Below, in pieces: positions 17,441 through 27,353 of a DNA stretch of 64,000 nt. The position numbers were made by a program, and so were the translations under genes. This stretch comes from an uncultured Spirochaetaceae bacterium. GTDB taxonomy: Bacteria > Spirochaetota > Spirochaetia > DTKZ01. How positions within the stretch are numbered: the stretch's first letter is position 1; every line of letters starts with the position of its first letter. Where the stretch lies: assembly GCA_964397655.1 (NCBI GenBank), contig CAYNKA010000003.1, positions 323,890 through 387,889 on the forward strand. Direction: 5' to 3'. The notes under the pieces were generated by a model, which saw nothing but the letters and a program-made list of their open reading frames with translations, searched no databases and was not told the DNA's origin.

Positions 17441-18955
17441 GTGATTTCTTTCTATGAGAATTGCTGTTTTGGGATTACACTGAAAGGGATCGAGGCGTTC
17501 GATCCGATTCTCCTCGTCGGTAGGGAACAGGTGGGTGAGCGAAAGACGGGAAAAACCCGTCGCGCCGAGAAAGATCGATATCACGAGTTCATCGAGCTGG
17601 CAGCGGACGGGATTCTTCTCGGCACCCGGGACGGAATCATTCTCGAAGCGAACTCCCGCATGTGCGAAATGGCCGGCGTTCCCGAGAAAGAGCTCGTCGG
17701 AAAGAAAATCTCCGAAGTCCTCTTCTCGCCCGAAACCCTGAAAGGCAACCCTTTCCGCTTCGACCTGCTGTACGAGGGGAAAACGGTCGTCCGGGAGCGG
17801 ACCATCGTCAGGCCCGACGGCACGGAGCTCGTGATCGAGATGCGGACCAGGATGATGCCGGACGGCACCCTGCTTTCCATTCATCGGGACATGACCGCCC
17901 GGAAGGTGAACGAGGAGAAACTCCGCGAAAGCGAGGCCAAGTACCGCTCGCTCTTCGAAGCGATGGCCCAGGGTGTCGTGTACATTGACCGATCAAGAAC
18001 CATCCTCTCGGTGAATCCCGCGGCGGAAAGAATCCTGGGAGTCCCCAAAGAACGGCTGATCGGACGCCGCATGAGCGATCCTGAATGGCGGGCGGTCCGC
18101 GAGGACGGCACTCGTGTGCTCGAAAAGGATCGCCCCTCAGTGGTGTCGCTCAGGACGGGGCTGCCGAATCACGCGGTCATGGGAATCGTCATCGGGGGCG
18201 GCGAGATCGGCCCCTGGTTGAGCGTACATGCGGTCCCGCTCTTCCGACCCGGCGAAACCCGTCCCCACCAGGTCTTCGTCACCTTCGAGGACGTGACGAT
18301 GATGAAGGCGGCCGACGCGGCCCGCGAGAGGGCCCTCAAGGAAAAGGACGTGCTCATGCGCGAACTCCAGCACCGCGTGAAGAACAGCCTCCAGCTCGTG
18401 CAGAGCATGCTTTCGCTCGAGGCGGGCCGTACGGAGCCTTCCCAGTCGAAGGAGGTTCTCCTCGCCGCCCGCTCGCGCGTTCACAGCATGGCCCTTTTCT
18501 TCGAGCGCCTCTACAAATCGCCGGAATTGGGAACGGTGGAGCTTAATCTCTACCTCAAGGATTTCCTCGACTCGCTGAATTCGCTGTACGAGCTGGACAA
18601 AGGCAAGATAGGCATCGTCGGCACGTTCGACGACGTGAAGCTCGACCTGAAGAGAACCGTTCCGGTGTGCCTGATCCTCAATGAGCTCGTGGTGAACTCG
18701 ATCAAGCACGCCTATCCGAAGGAAGCCGGAGGTCCTATCCACGTGTCCCTCAGGAAATCGGCCGGGAATTCCGTCATCCTCTCCGTTTTCGACAACGGCA
18801 GGGGATTCCCGCCCGGCTTCGACCGCATGTCCGCGTCAGGGATCGGCCTTCTTCTCGTCCACATGCTGAGCGAGCAGATCGGGGGCGATCTCCTCCTGGG
18901 AAAAAGCCTCGAGGGGGGAGCTGCGGTTCAGGTACAGTTCCCCGCCATGAGCTGA
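17441..18955 (+). CDS. PAS-domain sensor histidine kinase (HisKA_2 type)
   Basis: PAS segments, then LMRELQHRVKNSLQLVQSMLSLEA, then an HATPase domain with ELVVNSIKHAY...DNGRGF. The exact start is uncertain. Confidence 0.8.
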   Translation: MISFYENCCFGITLKGIEAFDPILLVGREQVGERKTGKTRRAEKDRYHEFIELAADGILLGTRDGIILEANSRMCEMAGVPEKELVGKKISEVLFSPETLKGNPFRFDLLYEGKTVVRERTIVRPDGTELVIEMRTRMMPDGTLLSIHRDMTARKVNEEKLRESEAKYRSLFEAMAQGVVYIDRSRTILSVNPAAERILGVPKERLIGRRMSDPEWRAVREDGTRVLEKDRPSVVSLRTGLPNHAVMGIVIGGGEIGPWLSVHAVPLFRPGETRPHQVFVTFEDVTMMKAADAARERALKEKDVLMRELQHRVKNSLQLVQSMLSLEAGRTEPSQSKEVLLAARSRVHSMALFFERLYKSPELGTVELNLYLKDFLDSLNSLYELDKGKIGIVGTFDDVKLDLKRTVPVCLILNELVVNSIKHAYPKEAGGPIHVSLRKSAGNSVILSVFDNGRGFPPGFDRMSASGIGLLLVHMLSEQIGGDLLLGKSLEGGAAVQVQFPAMS

Positions 18956-19250
18956 CCGACCGAGGGAAAAGCCCTCATTCGACGGTCGGCCGTTCCGCCG
19001 AAGGAAACCTCACGCCGAATTTCGTCCGACCTTCCTCATCGGAATGGAATATCGCCCCTCCCGGAGAGCCTCCCTGAAAAGCAGGAGCGACTGTTCGATC
19101 GTTGCCGGTACCGAGGCGGAAGAGCCGCGGTCGATCGGGCCCGAGTCTCATGCGCAGCTCCGCACGGCCTCCACCCTTTCGGCGATGCGGGCCGCGGCTA
19201 CCTCGCGGAATACGCCGGGGCGGCGGGCCGCCTTTCGCGGCCCCGAACGT

Positions 19251-20324
19251 TCAGGGTTTCACGCGAGCCTTGGGCAGCAGGCGCCTCAGGCCGCCGGGCA
19301 CGACGGACAGCACCGCGGCCTCGATCCTGCCCCGGTTTCTCTGGTAGAAGATTCCCAAAGCGATGATCGCGATCCCCAGGAAGCTGAGCGCGAAGGGGAA
19401 GAGCAGGGAGTCACGGAAAACCCGGTGGGCGAGATATCCGAGGTAGCCGAGCACGCCCGAGGCGCCGAAGACTATGAACGCGCGGCGATCCAGGGCGACC
19501 GAGAGAAGCACGAGCGCGCAGTTCAACAGGCAGTAGAGGAATTTGTTGAGTTCGCTGTCGCTGTTCATCAGGGACAGGCCGCCCCAGAAGGCCGCCAGAC
19601 CGAAGAGATAGCCCCAGAAGGCGTAATCCTCCTTCGTCTTTCTGTCCACGAGGAAGGAAACGACGAGCATGACGAGGCCGAACACGAGAGAGACCCAGAG
19701 CCGTTCGTCCCAGCCGAATTCGTTCTTCCCGAAAAGCAGGGGCGTCAGGTCCATCGACATGTACCAGAGCGTGAAGGCGATCGGCGCCGTCAGGAAGGGG
19801 AAGCGGACGAACCGGAGCGCGGCGAGGCCTGCGGCTATCGTCCCGACCTCCATGAGGAGCCAGCTTCCCTTGACCCAGACGTGATAGTTGCGGTAGGTGC
19901 CCGGATCGTCCTGAGGCCAGATGCCGACGAACCGCTGGAGGCCGTAGACGGCGAGCGGCGTCATGCACACGGCCATCGTGAAGAGCAGGCCGCCGGGAAC
20001 CTTGAGTCCGCGCTTGAACCAGAGCGCCCGCCCCGCGAACACGAAACACAGGGCGTAAGCCAGCGAGACGAGGAAGATGCCGCCTCCCCCGAGTCGTTCC
20101 CATGCTTCGGTCATGAACCAGCCCATGGCGCCCATCACGACGAGCGCCCCGAAGTAATAAGCCACGTTCGCGAGATCGAACCGTTGCTGGTTCTCGATCC
20201 GCTCGTCGAGGGCCCTCCACAGCTCGTCCGCCTGATCCTGCGAAATAAGCCCCCTTCCGGCGGCCCAATCCAAATCCTTTTTCCCGAATTTCACTGTCTC
20301 ATCCTCGCACGACGGGTTTCTCAT
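19251..20324 (-). CDS. DUF2157-like polytopic membrane protein
   Basis: 357 aa. Soluble N-terminal ~50 aa followed by about 9 TM helices. Confidence 0.75.
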   Translation of the reverse strand: MRNPSCEDETVKFGKKDLDWAAGRGLISQDQADELWRALDERIENQQRFDLANVAYYFGALVVMGAMGWFMTEAWERLGGGGIFLVSLAYALCFVFAGRALWFKRGLKVPGGLLFTMAVCMTPLAVYGLQRFVGIWPQDDPGTYRNYHVWVKGSWLLMEVGTIAAGLAALRFVRFPFLTAPIAFTLWYMSMDLTPLLFGKNEFGWDERLWVSLVFGLVMLVVSFLVDRKTKEDYAFWGYLFGLAAFWGGLSLMNSDSELNKFLYCLLNCALVLLSVALDRRAFIVFGASGVLGYLGYLAHRVFRDSLLFPFALSFLGIAIIALGIFYQRNRGRIEAAVLSVVPGGLRRLLPKARVKP

Positions 20325-20461
20325 TCAAATATACAGGCCGTTCCGTAAAAACGCAAAAACGCCGGCGGACGGACACCCGCGGCCGGAAACGAAGATACCC
20401 CGGAACAAGCTCCGAGGTATTGACCTCTGCCTGCTGATCCACCCATGAAAGTAAAAATCGA

Positions 20462-20490
20462 ATGCAAAAAACATGCCGATCCGTTATAAT
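20462..20490 (+). promoter_or_regulatory. Sigma70-like promoter (TGCAAA-16-TATAAT)
   Basis: -10 TATAAT at about 20485-20490 with a -35-like TGCAAA, about 40 bp upstream of the OMP gene start. Confidence 0.3.
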
Positions 20491-20527
20491 CTTTGGTTGC
20501 AGCATGCTGCGAAAAAGGGGGAACCTC

Positions 20528-21178
20528 ATGAAGAAACCGGTCGCTGTTTTCGCGTTGTTCGCCGTCCTCATCCTGACCGGCCTGCAGGCCGAGGAAACCG
20601 TTCCGAAAGACGAGACCTACGTCGGCTTCGGCGGCATCGTTTCCTTCCTCGGCGGGGATTTCGACGGGAAGATGTTCTTCTACGATTACACGGAGGCGAT
20701 TGCGGTGCCGAAGGTCGACCCCGGATTCGGGTTCGAAGTCACCTTGGGCATTCGATCGGGTCACTTCGGTCTGGAGATCTTCCTGAACTATGCCGGAAGC
20801 GACGGAACCTTCGGGAACGCGAGCTACGACGTACAGCGGATTCAGCTGGGGGTCGGAGGGAAGTTCTTCCCTCTGCCGGAACAGATCCTCCAGCCCTTCT
20901 TCAGCGCCGGCATAGGAGCGGAATTCCTCGTCGTCAAGGACGGTTCGGTCAACTCTTTGAGCGAAAGGGGCGACGCGACCTTCTCCGGAATCGATTTCAG
21001 GATCGGAGGAGGCCTCGCGTATTACATCACCTCGCGGTTCGCCGTGAACTTGAAGGCCGAATTCGTCCATGCGACGTTCAACGAAGCGGAAGGAGTCGAG
21101 GGAGTCAAGAAGACGATCAGTCCCTCCCTCAAGGCCCCCGGCTTGGTATGCGGGGTGATCTTCACCTATTCATTCTGA
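20528..21178 (+). CDS. Outer-membrane beta-barrel protein (OmpA-like N-domain / OmpW-like)
   Basis: RBS AAGGGGGAAC. Signal peptide MKKPVAVFALFAVLILTGLQA. Alternating beta-strand pattern with a C-terminal aromatic ...IFTYSF. Confidence 0.8.
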   Translation: MKKPVAVFALFAVLILTGLQAEETVPKDETYVGFGGIVSFLGGDFDGKMFFYDYTEAIAVPKVDPGFGFEVTLGIRSGHFGLEIFLNYAGSDGTFGNASYDVQRIQLGVGGKFFPLPEQILQPFFSAGIGAEFLVVKDGSVNSLSERGDATFSGIDFRIGGGLAYYITSRFAVNLKAEFVHATFNEAEGVEGVKKTISPSLKAPGLVCGVIFTYSF

Positions 21179-21242
21179 AGGCCGGCCGATCGGCCAGCGA
21201 CGAGCGAGTTGCCGGTGCCGGAAAGGCAAGGGAACTCCGAAG

Positions 21243-22025
21243 TCATCGAGTTCTCCCCTCCTCCGGATCCCGGGTTCCGGCGCAGACCTCCACCCTGTTT
21301 CCGTCGGGATCGAGGACGACGCTTTCGTAGTAGCCGTCGCCGGTCCGCCTCGGCCCGTCCAGGACGGTAAAACCGTCGTCGCGGAGCCTCCGGGTGAGAT
21401 CGTCCACCCGGGCCTCGCCGCCGACCGCGAGGGCGAGGTGGGTGAGGCCGAAACGCTCCGCTCCGGGCGCGGGTCTCGCCGGATCGAGCCGGGTGGTCTT
21501 CATGACCTCGATCCCGGCCCCGCCTTCGAAGCGAAGGAAGCGGGACTCGAAGCCCTTCGCGGGATTGCGGTAGGGCGCCCCCGCACGGGCGCCGAAGTAG
21601 CCGACGTAGAAGCGGACGCAGCGCTCGACGTCGTCGGTCCAGAGGGCGGCGTGCTCCAGGCTCGCGCCCCTGAACGTCGCGGGAGCACCGTCCTCGCGCC
21701 TCCGGCCCATCTGGATGAGCTCGACCGGCACGCCGTTCTCCTCGACGAAGGCGACGAGGACGCCCTCCTGAGGGCTGTTCGGCTCGATGACGATGCGCCT
21801 TCCCTCGAGAGCCTTCGCGAGGTCGTCCACCTCGAAGGCGACGTGAGGCAGGGTCTTCACGATTTCGGGCAGGGGACAGTCCTCGTCGTAGCGCATGAGC
21901 TCGATGCCGAACTCGGATCCCTCGTAGCCGAAGTGATGGAGCTTGTAGTCCTCCAGGTAGACCTCGCCTTCGACCGGCTCCTTCACCGGTATGCCGACGT
22001 GATGAAAACGCAGGCCGTTGTTCAT
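21243..22025 (-). CDS. VOC-family (glyoxalase/bleomycin-resistance/dioxygenase) protein with two VOC domains
   Basis: Two repeats of a HHVGIPV.../THLALAV-type beta-alpha-beta-beta-beta module. Confidence 0.85.
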   Translation of the reverse strand: MNNGLRFHHVGIPVKEPVEGEVYLEDYKLHHFGYEGSEFGIELMRYDEDCPLPEIVKTLPHVAFEVDDLAKALEGRRIVIEPNSPQEGVLVAFVEENGVPVELIQMGRRREDGAPATFRGASLEHAALWTDDVERCVRFYVGYFGARAGAPYRNPAKGFESRFLRFEGGAGIEVMKTTRLDPARPAPGAERFGLTHLALAVGGEARVDDLTRRLRDDGFTVLDGPRRTGDGYYESVVLDPDGNRVEVCAGTRDPEEGRTR

Positions 22026-22062
22026 GATGTTTTCCTCTTTAGCGGCCGGGCGGCATTCCGGC

Positions 22063-22512
22063 TCAGCCCCATTTCTGAATTTCCACGATGTTGCCCTCGG
22101 GGTCGCGGGCGTAGGCGAGGCGGATGTCGCCCGCGCCGGAGATACGGGTCCTCACGATCTTCCCGACCAGGCCTCCTCCGTTCCTCATCACCGCCTCGAC
22201 GCAGGCCTCGACGTCGTCCACGGAAAAGGCGATGTGGGCGAAACCTTCCAGGTTGGGCGTCTTGGCTTCCGCGGCTACCTCGTCGTCGTATTGGAAGATC
22301 TCGAGGGTAGGACCGCCCTTCCCCCAACCGGGAAGGCTGAGATGCATGCCGCGCACGTGCGCCTTCTCGAGGGCCGTGACCTCATCCACCCACTGCCCGC
22401 GAGCGTCCCGCTCCGGAGGCAGCGGCCTGCAGCCGAAGACGTCGACGTAGAACTTCGCGAGCCTCTTCCAATCCTTGGCGACGATGTTCGTGTGGACGTA
22501 TTTTGTCTTCAT
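22063..22512 (-). CDS. VOC-family / glyoxalase-like protein
   Basis: MKTKYVHTNIVAKDWKRLAKFYVDVFGC...FAHIAFSVDD. Internal ATG chosen because it overlaps the HIT stop. Confidence 0.85.
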   Translation of the reverse strand: MKTKYVHTNIVAKDWKRLAKFYVDVFGCRPLPPERDARGQWVDEVTALEKAHVRGMHLSLPGWGKGGPTLEIFQYDDEVAAEAKTPNLEGFAHIAFSVDDVEACVEAVMRNGGGLVGKIVRTRISGAGDIRLAYARDPEGNIVEIQKWG

Positions 22513-22865
22513 ACCCGGCTCCCGTGAACGACATGCCAATGCAGGTGTTTCGAGTCCTGATACGAGCCGAGGTTCGTGATCACCCTGCACGCTCCCTTCT
22601 CCCCGACCAGGTCCGCGGCCACCTCACGCACGACCTTGAGCAGCTCCAAGATGAGACCGTCGTCCTCGTCCGTGAGCGCGACGAGGGAAGCGATGTGCCG
22701 CTTCGGGATCACCACGACGTGCGTCTCGTAGGCGGGACGGGTATGGAGGAAGGCGAGCACGTTCGCGGTCTCCCTCACCTTCACGACCGGGGTTTTCCCG
22801 CTCAGGACCTCGTCGCAGTAGAAGTCGGACGTCGGGCAGTCCATAGCCGCTGGCATCTCCGTCAT
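22509..22865 (-). CDS. HIT-family (histidine triad) nucleotide hydrolase
   Basis: HIT motif HLHWHVV at the C-terminus. Length 118 aa. Confidence 0.9.
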   Translation of the reverse strand: MTEMPAAMDCPTSDFYCDEVLSGKTPVVKVRETANVLAFLHTRPAYETHVVVIPKRHIASLVALTDEDDGLILELLKVVREVAADLVGEKGACRVITNLGSYQDSKHLHWHVVHGSRV

Positions 22866-22874
22866 CGCCGCCTC

Positions 22875-23312
22875 CTACTCCGAAAGATAGCCGATCACGA
22901 GTTCGACGACCTGACCGTCCGCCGAGAAGACGATCTTGGCATCCCCGAACGAGGGCGGCCCGAATTTTCCACGGGCTCCGTTCGAGAAGGCGTAGCCTTC
23001 GATCGGGATGCCGAGAAAGTTCGTATCCAGCTTGGCGTTCGCGTTCCTGTCGTGGAAGCATTTCACGGCGTATTCGCCGAAGGGGACGCCCTCGAATTTC
23101 ACCTCGGACCTTCCGCCCGAAATCCGGCCGAAGGCGCCTCGGAAGGGAAGGTCCCGTCCGAAGTTCTTCTCCGAGTCCGTCAAGGCGACCGCCACCTGTC
23201 CCTGGTCGGAATTCAGGCCCGTGACGCGCACGATCATGGCGCCTCCCGCTCCTTGCGGATGGACGGAGGCGGACAGGAGGGTCACGGCGACGACGAAGGC
23301 GAGCTTGTTCAT
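22875..23312 (-). CDS. DUF2141-family exported protein
   Basis: Signal peptide MNKLAFVVAVTLLSASV followed by about 120 aa of beta-rich domain. Confidence 0.75.
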   Translation of the reverse strand: MNKLAFVVAVTLLSASVHPQGAGGAMIVRVTGLNSDQGQVAVALTDSEKNFGRDLPFRGAFGRISGGRSEVKFEGVPFGEYAVKCFHDRNANAKLDTNFLGIPIEGYAFSNGARGKFGPPSFGDAKIVFSADGQVVELVIGYLSE

Positions 23313-23508
23313 GCGGTCGTACCTCTCCTCCGATGGTATCACGGAGTGGCGCGATCGGAAAGCCGGAAAGCGCGGACGAAACAGGAGAAAAGGGATTCGT
23401 CTTGCGCCGGCGCGTGCGGCAACCTATACTTCTTACCATCCCGGCGCGGCATCGGTAGATCGGCAGGGACTCGGCTGAAAAAGTTTCCGAAAGGCGGGCT
23501 TTCGACGT

Positions 23509-25065
23509 ATGGAAACGAGAAACAACGAAACAATCGTCGTCATCGGCGGCGGTCTGGCGGGCATGATAGCCGCCTGCTATCTGCGGAAGTTCGGGCGGAA
23601 GACCATCGTCCTCGAGCGCAACGATCATACGGGCGGCAATATGTCCGGCTTCAAGCGGGAGGGGTACTCCTTCGACGGGGGAGACCAGTCCTTCGAAAGC
23701 CTCGGGATCGTCTTTCCCATCCTCCGGGACCTCGGGATCTACGATAAAATCCGATGGTCCAGGGTCCGCTACCGCTTCGCGTCCCCGGATTTCGATTTTT
23801 TCATCGATTCGTACGAGGACATCGAAAACGCTCTTCTCGCCGCCTTTCCCGGCGAAACGGGCATCAAGGAAATCTTCCGGGAGGTCAGGCGCGTATCGGC
23901 CTTCCTCGAGCGGCATTGCTTCCGCGATTCCCTCCCCCTCCTGAACGATTTTTCCTTCGGAAAGCTCCTGGGCCTGCTCCCCTCGCTGCCGGCCCTCCGG
24001 AAGTGGGCCACCTTCGACTACCGCAGGAAGGTATGCTCGGCGGTCAAGTCGCCGGCTCTCCGCAACTGGCTCACGCAGATCGGCTATTATCACATGCCCT
24101 TCCTGTTCTTCGCCGGGTTCTGGGACCTCTGGATGCGCGACTACTGGTATCCGGCCGGCGGCATGCAGAACCTGCACGACGTCATCGCGGACCATTACCG
24201 GTCGATGGGCGGGGAACTCCGGTGCGGCACGACCGTGAGGAAAATCGAGGTCGCGTCCGGCAGGGCGGTGGGAGTCAGGACCGAGGAGGGCGAGTTCGTT
24301 CCCGCGGACAGGTTCGTGTACGCGGGCGACTACAAGAACCTGGTGTCGGGCATCCTCGACGAATCGCTCTTCCCGGAAAAGAGGCTCCGGTATCTGAAGG
24401 ACGCCAAACTTACCGAGAGCCTCGTCGGCGTGTTCCTCGGGGTCTCCTTCCCTCCCGAGGAACTGGAGGCGACCCTGAGGGCGAACCACGTCTTCTGGTT
24501 CCCGAATTACGAGGCCGTCTTCCCCGACGCGGACTCCCCGGAGTCCGTCCACCGGCGGATGTGGGTAACCTCGAATTTCTTCATGAAGGAAAACCCGAAT
24601 TCCGCGCCCCCGGGCGAGTCGGCCCTCGTGCTCCAGACCTACAGTTCGATCGACTGGAACCGCTTCTGGAAGAACGGGGGGGACGGCCTGCCCCGCACGC
24701 AGGAGTACCAGGACCTGAAGCGGGAGGTCGGGATGCAGCTCGTCGAGCTCGCGGAAAACTACCTGCCCGGCCTTTCGAAAAAAATAACCTATTTCGAGGT
24801 CGGGACTCCGCTCACCATCAAACATTTCACCATGAACTCGATCGGCTCGTCGGGAGGCTGGTGCTACGACGACAAACTCTCCCCGCTTTGGCGGAGCCCA
24901 ACGAAGACCCTCCTGTCCACGCCCGTTCCCAACGTCCACACCGCGGGCCACTACACCGTCTGGCCCGGCGGCGTGATTTCCGCGGCGCTCTCCGGCAGAC
25001 TCGTCGCCAACATCGCGGCGGGGCGCCCCGTACTCTCCCCCCTGAGGAGGCCCGGTCATGGGTAA
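23509..25065 (+). CDS. FAD-dependent oxidoreductase, phytoene-desaturase (CrtI/CrtD)-like
   Basis: N-terminal dinucleotide-binding motif IVVIGGGLAGMIAACYL...VLERNDHTGG. About 518 aa, CrtI-family length. Overlaps the next crtI-like gene by 8 nt. Confidence 0.75.
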   Translation: METRNNETIVVIGGGLAGMIAACYLRKFGRKTIVLERNDHTGGNMSGFKREGYSFDGGDQSFESLGIVFPILRDLGIYDKIRWSRVRYRFASPDFDFFIDSYEDIENALLAAFPGETGIKEIFREVRRVSAFLERHCFRDSLPLLNDFSFGKLLGLLPSLPALRKWATFDYRRKVCSAVKSPALRNWLTQIGYYHMPFLFFAGFWDLWMRDYWYPAGGMQNLHDVIADHYRSMGGELRCGTTVRKIEVASGRAVGVRTEEGEFVPADRFVYAGDYKNLVSGILDESLFPEKRLRYLKDAKLTESLVGVFLGVSFPPEELEATLRANHVFWFPNYEAVFPDADSPESVHRRMWVTSNFFMKENPNSAPPGESALVLQTYSSIDWNRFWKNGGDGLPRTQEYQDLKREVGMQLVELAENYLPGLSKKITYFEVGTPLTIKHFTMNSIGSSGGWCYDDKLSPLWRSPTKTLLSTPVPNVHTAGHYTVWPGGVISAALSGRLVANIAAGRPVLSPLRRPGHG

Positions 25066-26533
25066 GAGAATCGTCGTCATCGGCGCGGGGCTCGCGGGCC
25101 TCGGAACCGCCGCCCTCCTAGCCAAGGAAGGCTTCGAGGTCGTCCTCGTGGAGAAGAACGGCCGGCCGGGAGGCAGGGCCCAGGTCTGGGAAGAGAAGGG
25201 ATTCCTCTACGACATGGGGCCTTCCTGGTACCTCATGCCCGAAGTCTTCGAGCGCTTCTTCGGCCTCTTCGGAAAATCGGCGGCGGACCATTACCGCCTC
25301 GTCCGGCTCGACCCGTCCTACCGGGTCTTCACCGGGGGGAACGACAGGATGGACATACCCGCGGACCCGAAGGCGGCTGGGGCAGTCTTCGAGAAAATCG
25401 AGCCGGGGGCGGGTAAAAGGCTTGAAGCCTTCCTCGCCTTGTCCAAGCGCCAGTACGAAACGGCGATGGCGCATTTCCTGTATCGGGAGTACGGTTCTCT
25501 CCTCGACTTCCTCGATCCGAAAATACTTGTCGAAGCGCGGAAGCTCAATTTCCTGTCGAGCGTGGACGGCCTCGTCTCGAAATACTTCGCGGACCCGAGG
25601 CTCAGGCACATCCTCGAATACACCATGGTGTTCATCGGCGGAAGCCCGAAGACGACGCCGGCCTTCTATTCCCTCATGACCCACATCGACATGAACCTCG
25701 GGGTCTGGTATCCGATGGGCGGAATCAATATGGTCGCAAGCGGTCTCGAGTCGGTCTGCAGGGGGCTCGGCGTCCGCATCCTCCTCGGAACTCCTGCGAC
25801 GAAGATCGAAACCCGGGGCGGACGCGCCGTCGCGGTCGCGACTCCTTCGGGCGGGATCGAGGCCGACGCCGTGGTCTCGAACGCCGACTATCACCACACG
25901 GAATACGGGCTCCTGCGGCCGGAGGAGCGCGGCTATTCGGACGCTTGGTGGAACCGCAGGGTCCTCTCCCCCTCGGCCTTCATCATCTACCTCGGCCTCG
26001 GCAGGAAGATCGACGGCCTTCTCCACCACAATCTCTATTTCCACGACGCCTGGGACGAGCACTTCGACACGATCTTCAAGACCCCGTCCTGGCCCGAGAA
26101 ATTCTCCTACTACGTGTCATGCCCCTCGAAGACCGACCCGGCGACGGCTCCCGCGGGGATGGAGAACCTCTTCTTCCTCGTTCCTGTCGCGCCGGGCATC
26201 GAGGACGGCGACGAGGTCAGGGAAGCCTTCTACGACAAGGTCATGGACCACTTCGAGGGGATGATCGGGGAAAAGGTCAGGGACTCCGTCGTCGTGCGGC
26301 GGATCTTCAGCCAGCGGGACTTCGTACGCGAGTACCATTCATTCAAGGGCTCGGCCTTCGGTCTCGCCCACACCCTCTTCCAGACCGCCGCGTTCAGGCC
26401 TGCCATGAGGAGCCGTACGATCGGGAACCTGTACTACTCCGGGCAGTACCCCCACCCCGGCGTCGGCATGCCGATGACGCTCATCTGCGCGGAGATCGCA
26501 GCCGCGAAGATCGCCAAGGACTTGGGCGGCTGA
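25058..26533 (+). CDS. Phytoene desaturase-family (CrtI-like) carotenoid desaturase
   Basis: RBS AGGAGG. IVVIGAGLAGLGTAALLAKEGFEVVLVEKNGRPGGRA. 491 aa, typical CrtI family. Confidence 0.8.
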   Translation: MGKRIVVIGAGLAGLGTAALLAKEGFEVVLVEKNGRPGGRAQVWEEKGFLYDMGPSWYLMPEVFERFFGLFGKSAADHYRLVRLDPSYRVFTGGNDRMDIPADPKAAGAVFEKIEPGAGKRLEAFLALSKRQYETAMAHFLYREYGSLLDFLDPKILVEARKLNFLSSVDGLVSKYFADPRLRHILEYTMVFIGGSPKTTPAFYSLMTHIDMNLGVWYPMGGINMVASGLESVCRGLGVRILLGTPATKIETRGGRAVAVATPSGGIEADAVVSNADYHHTEYGLLRPEERGYSDAWWNRRVLSPSAFIIYLGLGRKIDGLLHHNLYFHDAWDEHFDTIFKTPSWPEKFSYYVSCPSKTDPATAPAGMENLFFLVPVAPGIEDGDEVREAFYDKVMDHFEGMIGEKVRDSVVVRRIFSQRDFVREYHSFKGSAFGLAHTLFQTAAFRPAMRSRTIGNLYYSGQYPHPGVGMPMTLICAEIAAAKIAKDLGG

Positions 26534-26558
26534 TCCGCGCCTTCCTCCTCCCGCCGCC

Positions 26559-26590
26559 CCGGTGCCGGCGAACTCGTTCTGAGGCACCGG
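26559..26590. terminator. Hairpin CCGGTGCC-(16 nt)-GGCACCGG between convergent crtI-like and cyclase-domain genes
   Basis: 8-bp perfect stem in the 74-bp convergent intergenic region. Confidence 0.3.
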
Positions 26591-26607
26591 GCCGCCTCGG
26601 CCCCGCC

Positions 26608-27309
26608 TCAGCTCGGCCCGGACGCGTTTTTCCGACCTATCGTTAAAATCCCGCGAAACCGGAGATAGAAGAAGCCGTAGACCGCGAGCATCGAGAAATT
26701 GTAGAAAAAATCCTCGAGGGGGATCGAAAGGATCCGGAGGCCCCAGATCGCCGACGGCGAATAAAGGACGACGGGGATGGATGTGAGCAGATGGTTGAAG
26801 AACAGAAAAAGCGGAAAACTCGCCAGCAGCATGAGCAGGAAGTTCCGGGACTTGAGCGGCGAGCCGGGGAGGAAGGCGTCGCCGAGGAAGCAGCCGGCGC
26901 AGACGAAAAGTACGACCACGGTATATCCCTGTCCGAAGAAAAGGAAGCCCCCGGCGAGGAAGGCCGCTGCCGCGGAGAGGGAAAGGGCCTTGGGAACGCG
27001 GACGGGAGCGTCCTTCCGGAACCAATCGAGACACTCCAGCACGAAGAACATGCTGTAGGGCACCGTGACGAAGAAGAGGATCTCCTCGAGGGGGAGGAAG
27101 AAAAGCCGCACGGACAGGACATGGACCGGATTGAAGCTCCAATATCCGGCCTTCGAGAAGAACGCGTCCCAAGCGACGAAGATCGCGCCTCCCGAGAGGA
27201 CGGCGAGCCCCACCGCGGGGCTCCTCCGCCAATAGGCGACCCGCCGCTCGAAGGAGGCGAGGAGCGGGAAGACGATGATCGAGAGATTTATCCAGAGGTA
27301 GGTGCTCAT
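26608..27309 (-). CDS. Lycopene-cyclase-domain membrane protein (CrtYcd-type)
   Basis: 233-aa polytopic membrane protein with two homologous halves each carrying a PLEE/PLED motif, as in heterodimeric-type lycopene cyclase domains. Confidence 0.7.
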   Translation of the reverse strand: MSTYLWINLSIIVFPLLASFERRVAYWRRSPAVGLAVLSGGAIFVAWDAFFSKAGYWSFNPVHVLSVRLFFLPLEEILFFVTVPYSMFFVLECLDWFRKDAPVRVPKALSLSAAAAFLAGGFLFFGQGYTVVVLFVCAGCFLGDAFLPGSPLKSRNFLLMLLASFPLFLFFNHLLTSIPVVLYSPSAIWGLRILSIPLEDFFYNFSMLAVYGFFYLRFRGILTIGRKNASGPS

Positions 27310-27353
27310 GGAGAGAATTTAGGGAATCCGAATCGAAAAGGCAACGCAGTTCT

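Noticed and set aside
18956-19250. 295-bp convergent intergenic region with weak GGCGG-cggg-CCGCC-TTT hairpin (possible ncRNA)
   Set aside because: Only a weak stem with a very short U-tract and no promoter-like element. Insufficient evidence to call a feature.
19044-20348. 434-aa plus ORF and 285-aa minus alternate frame over the DUF2157 gene
   Set aside because: The annotated frame gives a clean 9-TM membrane protein. The others are charged low-complexity artefacts.
22624-25125. 833-aa minus ORF spanning the HIT, DUF2141 and crtI-like region
   Set aside because: Overlaps four well-supported genes on both strands. Low-complexity translation.
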